The translations under genes and the position numbers were made by a program. From positions 100,270,699-100,334,698 of the forward strand of contig NC_092382.1 in assembly GCF_030028105.1 (NCBI RefSeq): DNA of 64,000 nt. The letters are read 5' to 3'. How positions within the stretch are numbered: position 1 is the first letter of the stretch; each line of letters starts with the position of its first letter. Under the pieces are notes generated by a model. The model saw only the letters and a program-made list of their open reading frames with translations. It did not search any database and had not been told where the DNA came from. The DNA is from Mobula birostris. Its lineage: Eukaryota. Below, in pieces: positions 59,762 to 64,000 of this stretch.

Positions 59762-61053
59762 TAGACTCCAGGCGCAGAGGTACAGGGCCGTGTGGTTCAT
59801 CCCCAGGCCGGAGGCCTTCAAGTTAAACTCCCGGCCGTTCGGTCTCTCGGCCGAGAGGCCTTCCGCCTCCGCTGCCGGGACAGCGTGGCCGACGGTTGTG
59901 GAGTAAAAGAGGTTCTCCGGCGCCTTCCCCGCGCGTTGCCTGTACCAAAGCATCGTGTTAGTCCCGGCACCCTGCGCAACACATTTCAGGGATATTTTCT
60001 CCCCGGGACTCCCAGAGAAGGTGTCCGGGATCTGATGGATGGTCACTGCGTTCGCCCCTAGAGGAAAAAAAAATGAGAATGCAAGAAATTAGCTACCGAT
60101 TTGCAGGAGTCGATCTCTCAAGTCTGCCCCAGTACCGGTTATGACAATGGGCTTAGGGTTTAGTTACAAAGGTAATTGTGCGCAGATCTGTTCGTGACGC
60201 TACATGGAGAATTTCGCTTGCACAGGGTGGGCAGAAATGATCCTGATAGAAATATGCACCGCAGAGGGAGGACTTCCAGGACCCCCGGGGAGTGTTGTGG
60301 TACAGTGGGGCCCAGGCGTGGCGAAGTTTGGCGCGCTGGCCTTGATCCGTCAAGACGCTGAGTACGGGAGTCGGGAGGTCACGTTCCAATTGGGCAAGAC
60401 GTCGGTGAGACCACGCTTGGGGTGCGGCGTTCAGTGTTGGTCGCCCTGCTGCAGGAAAGATGCCACCGAGCTGAAAATATTTCAGAGGGAGATATACGAG
60501 GATATTACCGGGATTCCAGGGACCAAGTTACGGAGAGAGGTCGGGAAGGTTGGGGTTTTATTCCTTGGAGCGTAGGGGTGACCTTACAGAGGTGTGTAAA
60601 ACCACGAAGGGCACAGTCTTCACAGTTCAGCCACTGTACTATTGATACGGGTGAACGAGTCTCCCCTGTGCTCCGACAAACATCTGAAGTGTCGTGTATC
60701 GTTCTGGTCGCCACTTCGCAGGGAATGGTTTCCCTGCTTAGGAGCGGGTGGCGAAGCGGTTCACCGGCACTATCATGGCTGCCGCTTTCTGGACAAGAGG
60801 GTCAGAGTGAATCGGATAGGAAACAAGCGGCAGAGAGCGGCCGCGGGGCCGAGGAAGAAAGATGGACCGCCGATGCGTGTGCAGATGGAGAGGTGCGCAG
60901 ATTTAGAGAGACCCCGAGAGGCAGCGAGGGAAAGCGGCGGCGAAAGGGCGATCGTAAACAGAGAGAGCAGAAGGTGAGAGTGAAACGTAAGATAAATCTT
61001 TTTAAAGATGACTTACAGTAGAATGAAGCTAGCAGCGGTAGCAATGGAAGCAT
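59762..61053 (-). CDS. TRBV: TCR V segment, family C (V-C2, mirror of V-C1), apparently functional
   Basis: Leader 61017-61053; exon 59762-60057; V protein identical to V-C1. Confidence 0.87.
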
Positions 61054-64000
61054 CTTTTCTAGCGATTACTTCACCCCGGCCGTCGAGACAGGGAGCGAGA
61101 CGCAATAAATCCGTGTACGGCTCCACCGGAAACACGACGAAGGATTACACGGGTTCGCCACGCCCGTGCATCGTAGTGAACCAATCAGATTCGACGGCGC
61201 TGTCAGTCCCGCCGTGACGTATGACTTCATTCGGATTTATATTCTGCACACATCTCCCGTTCTCCCTTTCCGCCGGTGACTGTTCCCTCTTTAGAAATGT
61301 GTTACTATTACACGTATATTAGTATCCATCTCCATCTGTTTGCGGAACCTCGCTCATTCAGGGAGTTACCTCTTAATTACTGCGTTAATATCGCAGTGCG
61401 TCTGCATCTGCTCACTTACCCTTGTTTCTGTCTCAGTCTGTCTGCCTGCCTCCCTGGTCATCGGCGTCTTCTTTTCTCTCTCCCCCTCTCCTTCTCCCTC
61501 TCGATTGTATAGAAAACATAGAAACATCGAAACCCTACTACACAATACAGGCCCTTCGGTCTACAAAGTTGTGCCGTACATGTCCCCACCTTACCAATTA
61601 CTAGGCTTACCCGCAGCCCTCTATTTTTCAAAGCTCCGTGTACCTATCCAAAAGTCTCTTGAAGGACCCTATCGTATCCGCCTCCAACACCGTTGCCGGC
61701 ACAGTTCCACTCCACAGTTTCTCTCCTCTCTTTCCCATTCTCCGCCTCGCTCTCTCGCCATTTTCCCCCTTGTCTCTGACCTCCATTTCCCCTCTTCCTG
61801 TTCCCCTCTCCATCTCGTTCTGCTTCTTTCTTTCACTCTCTATCACCTTCTGAACGAATCTTATTGTNNNNNNNNNNNNNNNNNNNNNNNNNNNNNNNNN
61901 NNNNNNNNNNNNNNNNNNNNNNNNNNNNNNNNNNNNNNNNNNNNNNNNNNNNNNNNNNNNNNNNNNNNNNNNNNNNNNNNNNNNNNNNNNNNNNNNNNNN
62001 NNNNNNNNNNNNNNNNNNNNNNNNNNNNNNNNNNNNNNNNNNNNNNNNNNAGGTTGACTAAGATTTTAACATGTTGAACGAGATGAGGCTATTTCAACAT
62101 TGGGTGCGGAGTGTATAAAGTAGAGGGGTTCAGAGATTGCAGCGGGATCTGTACCAGCTGAGAAAATCGGGAAGAAAATGTCAGACACAATTTAACGCAT
62201 ACCAGTGGAAGGTGTTGCAGTTTGCCAGGGCAAAGCAGGACGTGAACCACATAGCGAATGGACAAGCATCTAGGAATGCGGTAGAGGACAATCGTTTGGG
62301 AATACGGATCCCCATTTCCTTCAAAATGGCTTCACAGGTAGGAAAGGGAACGTTTAGCAGGTTGCCTTTCAGAGCTCAGGCACTTGCCTATGTGCTCCAC
62401 TCAACTCTCCAATCAGATTCCCCGCTTCTCTCCCCCCACCCTCCATTTGGTTTCACTCATCTCTTTCTAGCTAACTTCCATCCCCACCCCTAACTTTTTA
62501 TTCTGGCGTCTCCCCCACCCCCAGTTTTCCAGTCCGAAAGGAGGGTCTCCGCCCGAAACGTCACCTGCTTATTCATTTCCATAGATGCTGACTACCCTGG
62601 ATAGGTTCCTCCAGCAATTTGCATGTCCGCTGCTTTGGATTTTCAGCATCTGACGAATTTATGAGTTCATTGGGGTGCAGGAGTTCGAATATCATGTTGA
62701 AATTTGCATTGTTGAGGTCCGTAATTCATGGGAAGAGGCATCACAGGCAGATTGCGGGCGTAAAGAGACTCTTAGAAAGGTACACGGAGCTGAGGGAAAT
62801 AGAGGGCTATGCGGGGGCGAAATTCTGGGCAGTTTCTAGAGTGGGTTACATGGTCGGTACAACATTGTGGGCCGCAGGGCCTGTAATGTGCCGTAGATTT
62901 CTATGTTCTAAGCATCACCGAAAGCCTCTAATGTATCTGCCTCTACCAACACCCCAGGCTGCACATTCCAGACACCCAGCACTGTGTGGGAAGACTTGCC
63001 TCTCACATCTCCTTTTCACTCCCCCCTCCACCTTAAAAATGTATTGGACATTTTGACCCTAGAGGTGAAAGTCTATTCTGTCTGTGCACTCCGTAATCTT
63101 ATAAATCCTTACCCTATGTAGAAACAAAGAGAGACAGAAAACCTCCTGGACAATACGGGCCTTTCGGCCCACAAAGCTGCACCGAACATATTCTTACTTC
63201 AGAAGTTACCTAGGGTTACCCATAGCCCTCTATTTTTCCAAGTTCTATGTTATTATCCAGCAGTTTCTTAAACGACCCTATCGTTTCTGCCACCACCAAC
63301 GTCGCCAGCAGCCCATTCCACGCACTCTCCACTCTCTGCATGAAACACTTAACCCTGACATCGCCTCTGTAGCTACTTACAAGCACCATGAAACTGCGCC
63401 CTCTCATATTGTCCCTTTCACCCTCTGACTATTCACACGATCCATACCTCTCATAACCTTATACACCTCTATCAGGTCACCTCTATGCAGGAAGGTCGTA
63501 AAGAAAGCTTTCATAAATTGAGTACAGAAGATGGGATGTTATGTTCAAGTTGTACAAATGTAGAAGAGGCCTAATTTGGAGCATTGTGTGCAATTTGGTC
63601 ACCTACCTACAAGAAACATATCAATAAGATTGAAATAGTGCAGAGCAAACATCGAACCACGTGGCCAGGACTTGACCTGAGTTACAAAGAAAGATTGAAT
63701 ACGCGAGGACCTTATTTCGTGGATTGCAGCATAACGAAGGGAGCTTTGAGCGAGGGAAACAAGACCATGAGGGGTATAGATTGACTAAATTCAAGCAGAT
63801 TCTCTGTTTTGGAAATAAAGTTGGTTGACACTACATCCTTGGCTTCCTTATCGGGAGACAACTTCTTGCTGAGATATAACACGTAAGTATAGGAGTAAAG
63901 AGGTCCTTCTGCAGTTGTACAGGGCCCTGGTGAGACCACACCTGGAGTATTTTGTGCAGTTTTGTTCTGCAGATTTGAGGAAGGACATTCTTGCTATTGA

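Larger units (their letters stand above)
46054..64000. repeat. Right arm of the large inverted duplication (runs off the window end)
   Basis: Reverse-complement match to ~12262-29494, plus ~620 bp extra at ~52.81-53.43 kb. Confidence 0.92.

Noticed and set aside
1-64000. D, J or C segments and 12-RSSs
   Set aside because: No FGxG J motif next to an RSS and no C-domain exon seen. Isolated CACAGTG/CACTGTG hits I checked (e.g. ~5960, ~6433) lack a nonamer at 12 or 23 nt. This was a manual scan and a short D could have been missed.

Overview
Vertebrate genomic DNA, not prokaryotic. The repeat content (CR1 LINEs with (TTCTATG)n-type tails, Penelope-type remnants, V-SINE-like pieces) points to a cartilaginous fish, probably a ray or skate; this is an inference. 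The window is a cluster of T-cell receptor variable gene segments. Each has a short leader exon, a phase-1 intron, a 293-296 nt V exon ending C-A/T-W-S and a 23-bp-spacer RSS. They most resemble TCR-beta V genes of the TRBV30 type. I find 8 apparently intact V segments, 1 open V exon with no leader found, 1 open V with a broken RSS heptamer, and 9 pseudogenes or remnants, in five sequence families (A-E) and on both strands. No D, J or C segments were found. The main structure is an inverted duplication of ~17-18 kb: ~12.26-29.49 kb is mirrored at 46.05-64.0 kb around a ~16 kb spacer. The arms differ by a deleted V gene and by CDR-focused mosaic differences. Smaller direct duplications, many LINE/SINE/PLE insertions, microsatellites and four N gaps are also present. 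Identity figures are hand estimates, not computed alignments.
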